Notes: generated by a model from the sequence alone, not told the origin. Shown: positions 13,873 through 28,130, numbered from the stretch's first letter. The stretch: 64,000 nucleotides of DNA from Tubiluchus corallicola (GCA_030141605.1 JAQGDQ010000010.1:744001-808000), one strand, 5' to 3'. Program-made: numbers and translations.

Positions 13873-13884
13873 TTTCGCGGGAAA
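13873..13884. promoter_or_regulatory. E2F-type site in the RAD18 proximal promoter
   Basis: TTTCGCGGGAAA (reverse strand TTTCCCGCGAAA, matching TTTSSCGC) lies about 70 bp upstream of the RAD18 ATG. Confidence 0.55.
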
Positions 13885-16062
13885 TGATCGCAGATGCACA
13901 AATTATCCCTAGTAGAGCGACAACTACGCTCTGTACTGCTTCTGTGCCCTTAATAATGCACAACCATTTGTAACGACCAGTACTATTAGTGAAGCTGAAT
14001 ACGTGTACTCTCAATACAAAATGGTAGGACAAGATAATGAAACTTCTTGGCAGCCGTAAAATGGTGCCCACTGGTGTGACCTTTCATGTTAGCAATTAGT
14101 TAACTAGTGGCATTCGACAAATATTACAACTATTTATAATAAGTGACTCTTCACAGTACAATAGGGTTATATGTTGTATAATAATTTTCCAACAAGAGAG
14201 GTAAATATGCGAATCTACAAAATAGCTAAGTTTGCAAAATAATTTTTCAACAAGAAAGGCAAATGTGTGAGTTTGCAAAGTAATTAAAACTGAACTTTGC
14301 ACAACTCTCTGAACGCAAATACTAGTTAGTGACAATGGTCAATGGCTAATATTGAATTTAAAAATGTCTCGCATTATTATTGTATCTCTGAATTATCAAA
14401 AAGTAGTTATAATAGTGATATCAACGTATCTGTATATACATGGTTTAAGCTTTGAAACACGCATAGTAGATAACTAAAAGCTTCACAGCTTTATATTCTT
14501 TATCATTCATTCATACATCATCAGCTTTGCCAGTGTCTTTTTAATTATAGTTTACTTTCTTATTTGTGGTCCCCAAAACAAAAGAAATACTAAAAACTAT
14601 TTTAAGGATTTTTGACCTGTAGATTTATAAACTTACTAACTTGGTATAACAAAATTAAATTTTTACAGTCCAGCAACATTTTCAGAGCTTCACGATGAGT
14701 GGAACTAAACAATAGCTAGAGGTACACAAATATAACAAATTCCAGGTATTTTGGACAACCACTTTTCTGCCAACCATTGCGTGACAGGTAATGCTGTTTA
14801 ATTATACAAGTGAGAGCAAAGTATGCATTCAAATTCAGAAATTAAATAATCACTTCAAATCTTTATAATCAATCATCATCTACAGGTTTAATCAATTCTT
14901 ACTCAGTAAAAGGATGCTAGACCATTAAGACTTAAAAACGATATGATTGGACCAAAATTCCATAAAACACAGTATCGCCACAACAATAAAAATACGCTTC
15001 AATGAAAGTATATTCTTATTGATAATAATTTAATACTGAACCAATGCGATGTTTACAGTCTCTCCATTAAAAATAGATACAAAAAGTTAAGTTACACATA
15101 TACATAATAAATTACACAAGCAAAATATAGTGAAAATTACAACTTCAAATCATTTTCTCATTTTAAGGAATTATTCATAATCAGTTCATGACCAGTTTTT
15201 AATTACCAAACAAATAATGCACAGTAAATTAAGCAAAATTTATAGTATTTTATATTACACCCTCATTAAGCTGCAATTTCGTAGGTTGTTTAGAAACCAT
15301 GATTAAATGTTTTCAGTTTGGTTCAATGTAATTTTGTTTTTCATTTATTGACAATAATGATTGTCTAGAACTCTAAAAAATAAGCAAAGTTACTCAGTTT
15401 CATAATTTCGTATCTAACTGGTTATCTCTGACACCAATCAAATGGCTGCATTTTTTAAAAAAGCTCAAATAGTTCAAAATAAGTAAGCTCGCAATAAATA
15501 GCAAACACACAGGCTAATACAGTAACAAAAAATATGAAACCAACATTTACAGCATGGTAAAATTATAACTTTGCAATGATCATTGCTGAAACAAACAATA
15601 CCACAGGACAGTTTGAAAGATAAAATTTACTAATCTAAAATTACTTAAACTAAAACTCAGTTTAAAGTAGACTATTGTTCACATACAAATCTTCAAGACA
15701 AAAAATTCTGAAAAGTAAACTTGCTATGATTAAACACTTTTTGGAAAATTTTTATACATGTCTGCCATGAGATCTTAATGCTAGGCTAAATTAAAAATTG
15801 TAGACAACTTGTAGAAGAGAAGCGTCTAAGCCCAAAAAATGGTTGCAAACCGGACAGCTTTCCTAGCTGCATTATACTTGTAGATCTACATCTTCCATAT
15901 ATGAACACAATGGCTGACTGCCACTGCTCCAAATTCCACACGAATCGTTATATGAAGTGGAATACAGTCACAACGGCACTGTACAGAAAGATACCAAGCG
16001 GGGCGGATATCGCATTTGAATTGTCTATTTACAATATACACAACTATATGGATTCACCTTAG

Positions 16063-19000
16063 TCACCCTAGCTGAAGCTGCAAAAAAAATATACACTAGT
16101 TGTAACCAACCAGAACACAAATCACGCATGGAGTTAATCAATTAATACATGTGCTTAGAATGAAATGCAGGATTACAGTAACTTATTCGCAAACATACAG
16201 TACACCTCATTATTTATAATTATATATATTTTGCAATAGATGTTCAGCCAAATGAGATGCACTTTCAGAAGCTTATACAGCATCAGATAAACAAGCTCCA
16301 CGATTGCACAAAGCCAACTATTTCAAGTTTGTCATAGAGGAAAAAAGAAAAACAAAAAGAAAAGAAAACTAAAATTAATGCGAAACGTATAGCAATTAGA
16401 TTTGTTATCAAAATCTTATACTTCTAGGCAGTTATGCATTAAAATAAAATTACTAAATTAAAATTTTACAAATATTAAAAAAATTTAAGTTCATTTGTAC
16501 ACTGTGGCACATATGAATTAAAGTTCTTTTATAATTTAGATCACTTTGTATCCTTGCAAGAATGAATTCTTTTAACGTAAACTAGGATATAAAACTAAAA
16601 AAATGTTTTTTGACAAGACTAAAACTGAAGAAATGCTTATAACTAATACCTCACCTGTCAAAATGGTTGTTGTTCACAAACAACCTATGAAAGTTTATCA
16701 CCGAGACTTCTTATTTATCCTGTACTACATATGGGCAGAAATTAAACATTTCTTTAAAATTAGTAAACTGTAAACAACATGAAGGCACAAACCTTATTGA
16801 CACCTACGAAGTCACTAGTCGTCGTGTAGACAATCTGTTGACCACCAGAAGTATCTACGGGGTTTGCTGATGTTAAAATTGTTTGACCAGAGCCATCTAT
16901 TGTAGCAGTATATAAGCTTTGCACTGTTGTTGCTGCTCCATCTGCATCCAATATATTGGCTGTCAGCTGTGGCGCTGCTGTAAAATATTAATTCACCCAA
17001 GTCAGTATTTAACCCGTATATCTCATTTTCATACAAATTCGCTAAATGTTTGCTACTCAGCCATATCTTAGTAAGCTTGGAAGTATGCTACACCCATAAG
17101 TCTAAATATGAAATTATTTATTATTTAAAAGACAAACAAACGATAACGAGATCAGATACACTAGCTCTTGAGTAAGACATGCATTCCAAAGTGCACAAAA
17201 ATTCACTAAGACACTATAACACATAAAATAACTTCTATTAATTTAACCAGAAAAAAGTTTACAAGAAATGAGAAAGGCGGAACTGAATTGGCCCTATTCT
17301 TTTGCAAATAATGACAAATTTACGCAGTTACATTTCATGAAATCTCTACACAATCTTTTACTGAAGTGACTTACAAAAGGAGTCTTCATTTAGTTCTTCC
17401 AAGCCTGCTACCACACTCTCCTGTTCTGTACTAGGCCAACCCTTTTCTCCTTTTAATGCCTGCTTAAATAATAAAACAAGTCAAAAGGAACATAAGTGAA
17501 CAACGAAAAGATTTTTTTCATAAATAATGAACAGATAATTCTATATAAAGTATAAACCAACATTTCTGACAAAAAAAACCAAGGACAGCACATAAGTTAA
17601 AGCTCAGAGGTGACGTATAAACTAAATTTTCATTTTACGAAGCTAATTCACTCATCAGCATAGAGATAATTGAAAAACAGACTGGTTCAGATAGATAGGT
17701 CTGGAAGGTCGTGAGTTTGATACTCCGGCCGGGTAATACGAAAGATTTTTTAAAATGGTACCTGCTGTTGCCCTGCCTGGCAGTTGGTATTTAGGGTAAA
17801 AGTGGTGTAATAATAGTCTCTGTTATGTAGTTGTATTTTGTTACTTACAGTCGGTCCAAAAACTCTTTGGAGCTTATGTTAATTGTTCATCCAAAAAGTG
17901 AACTTTAAATAAAGATTATTATTATTATTATAGCTCAAAAATTTTACATGTAATGTAAGTGCAAGGGGTAAGGCAGCTAGTGTATTTCATCAACAGACCC
18001 AAATGTATTTAACTCTCAAAATATGGTAAATTCTGAAGAATTACATACATGGTAATTTACTGCAAACAAAGCACACTATACTGGTATCAACTAAGTACTG
18101 TAGAAAAACTAGTTAACTTGGCCCAACTATAAGTTTGAAAAGGTTACTTCCTGCATCTAAAGAAAAATTGAGCCACATGTATATAGTTTTTTAAACATCT
18201 CAAGTAGCTTTTCTGTGTTCTTTCATGTTTGTGATGCAGTAGTTCAACTGGACAGAATTGCATACACCCATTACATTTTAATATGCTGTGCGGTGAAAAT
18301 GCAATGCCATGCTATTTTAACAAAATAAATAGAAACAGCCAGCGCACTAGTCTGAACATCAATTTCTCATCACAGTCTTTTACACGAATGCACATACACT
18401 GTCATATTCCATTCCGACAGCCAGATTATAAGGCGATTTGGACATACATGTAAAATAAAGATATAAATCAACCCATCATTTGTTTTATAATATCCTTACG
18501 TATTCGTGGTTATAGTCATAGAATCGACCAGTCGTGAGTTGCATAGGTTGTAAGCAAATGATTCGCTAGAGCCAATAATTGTGTGCACCATTTTCAAGAG
18601 TGCCTTTGCACTCTCATTTTGAACTCTCCAACGTTAAAAACACTCTACAGAAATGTCTATTGAACTTTGTTCATGTATGAGTTGTACGGGCCCCCTACAT
18701 TAGTGTCAATAAATTCATCAAGTTATTAACCATAGCCAATGTACCTCTCTGTACTTTTGCAGGTAAAGTTTTAATGGTTCAACGTAATTGTCAAACCCCA
18801 AAGTAGACATTGCAAATAGTATATCTTCTCCATTAATCGTTTTTCTTTTCTCCTGCTGACAACGATCACTTGCTCTAGGACAACATGTTAAGCCAAACTA
18901 CATCCATATCTGTACAAATTAGGTATGTAATAATGCAGCAGAGGTGCACAGCTCTTTCTGCCCAAGGCACCAGTTATAGAATCTGTGGGCACAGCAATTC

Positions 19001-22000
19001 TATACACATGTACATAGCACTGACTACTTTCATAAATTTAGATCTTTGCCCTCTTGCATCGGACATGTCCACAAGAGAATAATTACTAACTTTGGTACAA
19101 GGCCACAAGTCCACAGCCGAAGAAATACAAAATTATCGATATGCTCATTTGCTTCAAAACAGGAATATTCTGCACGTACTGGTCGCTGAGTTGTTAAAGA
19201 CTTAATGCTTGAGATACTAGACTGCCCTGCCTACTTGTCAACATTTCAGTATGTTAAACAGCTTTGGTTTCTGATTACACTACACGCTAATTCAACTCAA
19301 AAGGCACCTATGTCAAGCAGCACACGATAAACGCATGGAATTCTGTGCAAAATTACTGGTTTATCGTAAGTATGGATGGTTGCACAGCTCAAAATCTGGT
19401 TGCTAAGCCGCTAATTTTACTTGAGTTTACAATGGACATGTTAGATAGACAAATGCCTAGATAAACTTCTTGCTGATATTACAACACCATAATGTACGAT
19501 CATCGGGTCAAAACGACAAATGATTATCATGTGACTGTTGAAGTCCACAGCCCTTTTAGATACTACAGCCTAGACTACCATAGTACAATTTGATTCAAAA
19601 GTGCAGTATTTAAAGAGAGAAAATACATAAAGGACTACTGAGATATGAAGTTTAATTTGACTGCAATCATAAGTCTAGTTGTTTTCTGGCTTGTGTCGCA
19701 TCCAAGAGAGAATAATGATAAACTGTGCAATAAGGCCATAGACCCACAACCAAACAAAAATAGTTACTGACTTGCAAATTTGGTCAAAACAGGAAGACAT
19801 AAATATATGGAATATAGTGCAAGTTTGTAACTGAAAACAATATTGAAGGATACTCGCTCGTGATAAAGCTAATGAATTCTGACACACACTCTTGCATACA
19901 TTCTTTGGCATCTTTTGCAATCTGAAAATTTTAAAACAATAAAAAAGCATTAATTGCTACAAGTAAATTGGTAAACAAGTATTTAAAACAAATCTGACTT
20001 GAGTAGGCTGTGCACTCAGTTCCTGCATATGTTTCGTGCCGACACATGAATCGTGATTGTTAGCTATTTGTTTAAACCGAATGTTAGATAATCAATGTAA
20101 TTTTTAATCAAATTATGGCAGATTGATAAGGTAGCACTGGTTTTCACAGAAAATTACAGATGACCTATCTAGGTAGCAAGGTTGACAGCAATTCTGCAAT
20201 ATGATTTAGTTCTGCTAAAGTAATACAAGAAATAATAGAATTTTTGTTAAACTAGCAATTAAAATTCTAAGGTGGTGCACACTTTTCCGTAGAATTTCAT
20301 GTGCTGAAACTGAAAAATGCAAAATTTGCTTATTTTAAGTAGGACAATGGTAATGATTTAAGTGAAGTTGCTGAAAAATTTAAAAGTAAAAAACCACATA
20401 ATTGCTTTTGTAATAAAGTCCAGCAAATCGCCTCTGCAAGCAGAAGATAATCATATTTTTTTTAAAAACTCGTCAGAATCCGGTCGGATCTCAAGTATCA
20501 TATAGAATTTCTGCCAACCCAATGAAATAAATCTCTGATACAGATTTGGTTTTGAAAATTTGGTTCCAGGGAAGCTTCTTCTCGGCATCCCTAATTACAT
20601 CTAGCCAGACAATCAATTTTGTACCACTGCGTATGAACACAGCAAAAAAAAAACATTTATGTGTACCATTGTGTCATTGTCATTGCGTGAATGAGAATTC
20701 CACATTTCACATCAACAATCTAACACCGATGCCTACACAAGTTTGCTTTAAAAAGCAAATCAATTTTACAATTATTTAAAATTAAACAGGAAAACCAACA
20801 TGTGAAACATCTTACAAACAATGTAAACCTAAAAAATAAACTTTTTTTGGTTTACAGAAATCACTCCACTGTACTCTAGGAAACTCAGAGTATGGGTTGC
20901 CAAAATAGCACACAGAGATGTTTGATAAAAAGTCAGTAACAGAAATTACCTACAATCTATGATTTTACCGTGCTGTAGAGGGTTATGTACATTGCACATT
21001 AAGTCGTGAACATTGCAGAAATGAAAAAACTAATTTAAAAGTATGGCAAGAAAAAATCTAGTTTTTTTACTAGCAAAAACTAGAGAAATATTCATTTTTA
21101 GTAATTTACAAGCCTACCTTTCCCTGCTCTGGTATAGTGTTCTTCATGATACGGCTGACATTTGCAATTGGAAGAAAACGATCCTAATGAAAAAAACAGT
21201 CAGTGAAAAACATTAGTTTAACAACAGAAACAAAATGACAAAATCCAAAGATGCAAGTCACCAAATCAGAAAATTTATTCAAATACGTTTTTTAATTTTT
21301 TTTTCAAAGTAATTGCACATTAAAGTATGGAACTACATGTTTAAACAAAAAAGTAACAACATTACTTCCCTCACCTTCTACTTTAGTGCTTTTTGTGTTG
21401 TTTTGCACTTTTATGGTGTTTTATGAGTTTTAGACAAAAAATCCTTTCTCAGTTTTAACAGTGATGTTTTTTCATTTCCGACATAAAAGCAATTTGATAA
21501 CAAGTTATATAATTTACATATTTGGTTGAGTACCATTGCATAGTTTCATTTAGTTACATTGTTTCCTTGCCAGTTACCTCGTTTTTTCATATATAACTAT
21601 TCCCTTTATAGATTTTTCTTCTACTCTATATAATAGTAAGAAAGCAGCACTATGAAATTTTCTTATAATTTACATTAATCTGAGAAGGGTAGCTGACTTT
21701 AATGACCAACTGAACCTTTGCCTCCCTTTCTCCTGCACACTGCCGACACTTTCTTTTATGCATATTTTTATCACAATTATTAATTAACTATAGCATTTAT
21801 TGTTTATCTTGTAATTAGGAGATAAATAAAAAATGTCTATGTATATTATTACTAGACAATACATTACAATTTCCTCACCTGTTCTCGCATAACATTGTTG
21901 GCTTGTGGCTCTTGATCAATGGGTTTATCCGCATCTCCAGAGTCACAAACGCTCTTAATCATTGCACCATTTTGCTCTTCTAAAAAAGCAAAAGACTAAA

Positions 22001-22417
22001 TCAAAAGCAACAAAACTACAATGGATGTTAACAATTTTTTTTAATAATTTCATTAATAGTAGAATGCAATAACTTTTAATTGCATCGCATTTACCTTTCC
22101 ATTATTCTTATTAATAAATCATAACACACTAGCACTGCATTTGATAGTACAGATTTGGTGTTCATAATAAACAGCAAGTAAAAAGTCCGAGACAAAAATA
22201 TCAAGATGTCGGCCTCAATTCGCAAATAAAACATGGCAAATTAGTGAAACAACGCAAGGCTGTAGGCCTGCGTCTCTTACTTTACTACTCTACTACAAAC
22301 CAATAACCAATAAACACACAAATATATAGGCCTACCGAATTGAGTGTTACTGACAGCGTTCAAAAATGTGTCTCGTATTTCGGATTGGTTATCCCCGCCA
22401 CCATCAGCGTCTTCCAT
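16063..22417 (-). CDS. NFYB: Nuclear transcription factor Y subunit beta (CBF-A/HAP3), 8 exons, 243 aa
   Basis: Exons (minus strand): 22336-22417, 21879-21979, 21118-21183, 19854-19921, 18745-18874, 17375-17459, 16793-16977, 16063-16077. The histone fold reads [98 protein letters not shown]. The protein ends GVNKLQLG-stop. Confidence 0.96.
17690..17931 (+). mobile_element. tRNA-derived SINE in NFYB intron 5 (antisense to NFYB)
   Basis: B-box-like GAGTTTGATAC at 17713-17723, a body AAAATGGTACCTGCTGTTGCCCTGCCTGG resembling (from memory, unverified) the Meta/MESC SINE central domain, and an AATAAA plus (ATT)n tail. Confidence 0.6.
18875..19853 (-). other. U12-type (minor spliceosome) GT-AG intron, NFYB intron 4
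   Basis: 5' splice site GA|GTATCCTT (19846-19853). Branch-like GGCTTAAC (CTTAAC at 18887-18892) lies 12 nt from the intron end (..ATGTTGTCCTAG|A), with no polypyrimidine tract. The intron splits the Glu codon of ITSE/ASDR in phase 2. Confidence 0.9.
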
Positions 22418-22431
22418 TGTGGTGATTTGTG

Positions 22432-22536
22432 ATTTCGCGAAATACATGAACAAATCAGGCAGCATAACCCTGCCCGTGCACAAAGCGGCTCCTCATTTCC
22501 AGCGAGTAGCAACTACGCTTACATTTGCGCAGGCGC
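22432..22536. promoter_or_regulatory. NFYB promoter/5'UTR motifs (E2F-like palindrome, NRF1-like site)
   Basis: ATTTCGCGAAAT at 22432-22443 and TGCGCAGGCGC at 22526-22536, in a locally CpG-rich stretch upstream of the ATG. Confidence 0.4.
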
Positions 22537-23215
22537 TACTCAATCAGTTTAGCAGAAGGAAGCGATCGATAATGAAGCCTGTTTTAACCCGAGTAAAAGA
22601 CGGCGTGGCCTACAAGGCTTCTGAAACCTGTGAACGGAGTAAAGTACTTTATTGCTCCACAAGCTTAATTTAGCATCGCGTTTTTTTCCTGCAAAAGATT
22701 TTGAACTCGTGAATGCTGCTAAACTTTGCCCATTTTACGTTATGGAGGCTAAAGCACAGAAATTTAACCCGAATTTATCAAAGTTGAACTAACCTAATCT
22801 CTCGGTTGCTTAAACTGATACATTTCAGTCGTTTAAATGGAAATTTTTGGTAATTAGTTTTTAACATAAATTAAGTCAATCATAGAAATTAAAGGCTTCG
22901 TTTTCACCAACTATAATCAATACATAGTATTCGATGTAATATTAATTTTCAAAAAGACACATACAAAGTTTACAGATTTTAATTAATCTTCCAAAAATCG
23001 CTAAAACAAAAGAAGACCCGTTCAGCCGGCCGCGAAATAGTGGAAACATTAAAGGTAAACAAAAAACTTGTCAGTCATCTCGTAGATATTATAGTCAGGT
23101 ACTCCATTCAGATAAGCTTGCATTTTGGTGAATTTGTAATCATAGGTAGGAGCCACGGCTAGGCTTATCGCTAGGTTTAGTTTTATCGAACAGTTCCTGG
23201 TTACGTATTGAATTC

Positions 23216-23897
23216 CATGGCTGACAGTATGGTATGATGCGGTAAGGTACGGAATTACAGAACGGCACGAAAAAATTCCTAAAAGCACGGTACTGAATTA
23301 CGGGCATTTATTATACTGTACGGTACGGCATTTATCCGTACCCCTTTCTGTACCATTTTTACTCAGCTTCTTGTAACGTTTTCATGGTTCAGCAACTCAG
23401 CGAGACGAATTATTTTTGCTCGTACGTGTACACCCGTAACTGACGCAGAGCGTACGCAAACAAAACAGCTCGAATGGAAATTACGTTTATTGTTGTTTAC
23501 AAACAGGATAGATTGCTTCACACGTTTGAGATCTATTTCTGCCTTTTGCATAAGCATGTATTGCACATTTCAAGTTATGCAAACTCTTTTGAAACAAGAA
23601 CACTTCAAAATGTATGTTATTAATGAGGAACGTTTAGAACTTTGCCTATCTGTGCAAAACAGTGGCGATCTAAAACCGCATATCAACTGAGTTAAATGTT
23701 TGCTTTCCCGACAAAACAAATTCGAGACTTACCGACCTAATACATTAACATGTGTGGCCACAGCATTTATAGACTAATGATGCTATAATTGTTTTTGTGT
23801 ACGCAAACATGTTACCTGCAGGTGAACTTAACCAGCTAGGTAGGCAGATTATGGCTTGAACGTTACTTGATATTGAAGTGCGTGAAACGTTTTTCGA

Positions 23898-23969
<72 letters not shown>

Positions 23970-24669
23970 ATTTAAAATTGTACGTATATACATACAGTGA
24001 CCCTCTATTTGCAGGGTATGGTTAAAAAAACTTTGTAAATAACATACGAAAGTTTTCGATAAGAGCTTCATAACCTATAACTGTAGTATTATCTGGTGTT
24101 GTATTACAATCGTTATAGTGTTTTAGGTAAGACACGTTAAATTTCAATAAACATTAAAAGTTTATCACTAGTTAGCGCATAATTTACGACAACCTTTAAA
24201 AACTAGTTAACCGGAATAACCTGATCGTGTCTGCTGCAAATTTATTAATAAAGTAAAAAGTATTTAAACTTACATCTTATAAATATAAATTTATAATCTT
24301 ATTTTTATATATTATAAATTTATATATATTTTATATCTATTATATCTTTATATCTTACATATATAGATATCTATTTACCTAATTTTATATTTAAATCTAT
24401 TTATATATATTTATATGAATTTATATCTTATGCATAATTATGCAGCTTTTGTAAGATAAAATAAAATGGCATGGAAATTCTAACGGTAGTTCTGTTTTTA
24501 TAGTATGTATAAATAACAAGAATTAATATATAAATTCGTCGTAATTACAATTATTTTTAAGCTACTCCTATAAGAAATCCTACATGTACTTGGTACGGAA
24601 TTACAGTACGATTTTTTAAAGGAGCAGATTAGTGTCTTTAATTCATATCGTATCATGCTGCCAGGCTTG
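23216..24669. mobile_element. Non-autonomous hAT-like element
   Basis: Degenerate TIRs CATGGCTGACAGTATGGTATGAT versus reverse complement CAAGCCTGGCAGCATGATACGAT. GGTACGGAATTACAG is repeated near both ends. 8-bp TSD ttgaattc / ctgaattc. Contains (TTA)n at about 23898-23961. Confidence 0.65.
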
Positions 24670-25970
24670 CTGAATTCCTGCTCCACTTTAGTATTTGAAT
24701 TGATTTTTTTGTACCTTTAATTTGTCTGCGTGGAACAAATAAGTTATCACGAGCATGCGGGATAACTGCAGTTTTGAGGTACACATTTGGTAATAAATAT
24801 ATATATATATATATATATATGGCGATATTATTTTTGAACATTAGGAAAAGATTTTTGGTGGAGTAAAAACGTTTTTAATTAAACAACATAACATGCAATG
24901 TTCACTGCGTCACTTCTTTCAATTAATATCATTGTTCGTTTGCTTATTGCTTGAAACATTTATTATCATAAAACCCACGTCGCCTCTCTCAAATTTTAAT
25001 AAAGTTTTCCCCAAGATCAAGCAGAATAAGTTTGGCTTTTGTTTATCTTTCTTCCTTAGTGGCTAATGATTGTTATTGGGGGGCATCTTAAGAGCATTTT
25101 AGTTAAATCTAAACAGTTGGGTATAAGAGTAGACCCAAAACCGGACGCAAAGGAACGCTAGTTTTGCGATCGATAGAAGAAAATATAAGACCGTTCAATT
25201 CGTTAAGCAATACTTTATTGTGACACGCGCTAGGTGGCACCACCATGCCACGCAGTTGTGCAATTTACTCACAAATTAACATAATTATCATTAAACTGGA
25301 AATTTAGTAGTAGACTAAATGCGGCATATTATAATTATAAAATTAACAATGCATTGCAAACTTTAGTTTTCCCTTAAACAAAAAGCTATCAGGCTGCCAT
25401 ACTGGCTCTAATATTAATACTTCTTTTGTTTCGTTCAACTTCTTTACGACTGTTTTCTGGCACAACTTATTTACAGAGCTTTCAGACGCAGACTTTTTCG
25501 TCACAAGGACTGTTATTACATACCTAATGCTTTTCTGAGCGAGAGAACACATGATCGCTCAATTCGCTTTTATTTGCTGGCAACTTTAAATATGTCTATT
25601 CTGCACCTTTGTTAGATTGAGTAACTTTGGAAGAATAATTTAAACTTGTATGTTTTTAAATTATAACAACTATTGTTAACTCACATTGACTAGTCAGCTC
25701 CTGCTTCTTTTGTGAGATGTGTGGAAAAAATTTATGAATTTGTGAAATATTACACAATAATTTCAAAAATTTATTTAGCTCTTAATTTACTTACCCTGTA
25801 TTTACATTTAATCTTGTATTTTATTTTATTTTAGCACCGTATTTGTATTTTATATGATCTTAGTAACCAGAATAAAGATTTTAGTTGAACTGAACTGAAA
25901 TGAATTTTACAAATTTCAGCATTGAATTTGGCTATCAAGTTTAATCCTCTAAATTGTACCGGTAAAGGTG

Positions 25971-26101
25971 GCTGAACTACGTTCGGTACAGGCCTGGTGT
26001 CTGAGCTACGTTCGGTACAGGCGTGGTATCTGATTTACGTTCGGTACAGGTGTCGGAGCTACCCTCGGTACAGGTGCCTGAGCTTCGTTCTGTACAGGTG
26101 T
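25971..26101. repeat. Short tandem array (CTACGTTCGGTACAGG core, 5 copies)
   Basis: Five degenerate 23-29 bp units sharing the core. Probably the subterminal arm of a foldback/MITE-type element. Confidence 0.7.
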
Positions 26102-28044
26102 CAATCATGATCACTTGACTCGCGTCCCTAACGATGGGATGCAGGTTTGCGTACAAAAACATTTTTCTATCAAAACGCATAATGTATTTTTCAGTAACTT
26201 TTAAATTTATTTATCACTGCTCGAAAACAATTTTTTACTATCCGAAAAAGAGGAGTGCCTAAAAAACTATATCGTGCATGCGTTTGTCTAATGTGGATGA
26301 GACGGGGTCATGGGTGAAACAGAAACCTTAATAGAAATTAGGTGTAATCATTAAGTTTGTCAGGCGGTTGCGCGCGCAATGACGTCAATAAAGGCATTCT
26401 TTTATCTAGGCCAGCGGTGAGCAAACCAAAGCTATCCTGGTTGCGTCGATGGCTTCGAGCATTCATGCTTAGCGAGAATCTAATAATTTGCTAGTAGACT
26501 TTTATCGATTGAAACGCGTAATTCTGCTACATTTCGACCAATGTAATAAGCGTTACGCGACGAACTCATAAAATTTACCTCTTGCCTTTTAGCACGTGAG
26601 CTTCCTACTCTGTTTATACTGACTCATAAACTAGTTTTGATTGGACCCAAGAGAGTCCCTGCTTTTAATAATAAATATTAATAAGTTGTTTCGCATCGAT
26701 CGACCCTGTTAAAGTGCTTTCTTCGAAGTTAATAATGATTGGAGGGTGGCAGTGAAAATTTTTCATTCGCTGAACTGTGATCTAACTATAACGGGTGTGT
26801 TGTAGAACTACTAGTTAATTAATTTTTTAACGAAGTGGCGTTCATCCTTACCAAAGTTGGAGGTAAGTCAAATTTTGATTTGCAACTGAAACTCCCGTTG
26901 AGGACATCAATATTAGTGGCTACCGATAATGACTGTATTTGCTATTTTAACAACTCGAGCAATGTAAACGTAAAAGTATGATTATAAAAACTCTTATATG
27001 TTTTCAAGGTTTTAGTCTTCAGACCTACACGTAATTTTACTGCACTTTTTGGTTAATGACGCATGCCGTGTACCACTAAATCGATATTTTATTAGGACGT
27101 ATTGGTGTCAAAATTCTTATCAAACCTAAATTGGGTGTAAAGGCATTATACGGCTAGGCTTACCGTCATTCGACTATCCAAAATTTTGCTTCAGATTAGC
27201 TCGCATTGGGTGGTCATTCTCAACACAAGTCTGGGCAACTAATTACGCAGTAGTCATCTTCTTGCCTGGTGAGAAATTTGTGTCCTTTAATGTTCAGTCT
27301 CTTTTACTAACCCTAAAGTGCTGCCCCGGAATCAACTCACTACTAGATTTTTACGCTGAAACTTGGTTAGACAGGTTTTCCGATTCCCACCGACAACGTA
27401 ATTAAGTTTTACTGAACTCTGCACTAGAAATTCTTTTCTTTCATTTAATGGAATTTTTTGGAAAGACGATTAGAAAACGTGCAATCTTAAAAAAATACTG
27501 CTTTGCACTACTATTCAACCTAAATTTTAGCTTCGAAAGGTGTTTTCTCTCTCTAAATTTCGATTGCCAATTTACCTTTGATTCTTTCTAATCTATATTA
27601 AAAAGTGCCCCTAAACAGCACTGTGAAACCTTCAACAAGCAAAAGCGATTGTAAAGAAATATTAACAAACGAACCACTTTTATAACTCGTGTAGCGTCGA
27701 TTACATTGAAGCTAAAAAGTGCGTAGTTGAAATGTGCTACATAGAGTTGTGCGCGTGCCGACATTACTCTTTTCTAGATCACCGATATTGAGCGAGTGTG
27801 GGAAAAGGAAGAAGTAGCTTAGTTTTGTCACATTTTGGAAACGAATTTGCAATAACTTGCTAATTACATGACATGAAAATTTGTTGACGTTAAATGCAGA
27901 AAATGTTTGATAATTTATCTCTATAGACGACGGAATGGACAATTCAGGGAGAAAACGATTGACAGCAGAAGAGAAAGAGAAAAGGAGAAAAACAGAGAGC
28001 GAGAAATAAATAGAAAAGAATGACAGAAAGAGAGAAAGAATGCT

Positions 28045-28046
<2 letters not shown>

Positions 28047-28094
<48 letters not shown>

Positions 28095-28130
28095 AGAGAG
28101 AGAGAGAAGAAAGAGAGAAAGAGAGAGAGT
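28047..28130. repeat. (GA)n microsatellite within a purine-rich tract
   Basis: Directly visible in the sequence. Confidence 0.9.

Noticed and set aside
13806-16062. NFYB-RAD18 operon with SL trans-splicing
   Set aside because: Same strand and close, but RAD18 has its own E2F-bearing upstream region and I saw no clear unpaired acceptor before its ATG; cannot be supported without 5' end data.
25971-26101. CRISPR-like repeat/spacer appearance (also 5826-6105)
   Set aside because: Repeats are degenerate, linkers are short and related to each other, the context is eukaryotic and there are no cas genes.
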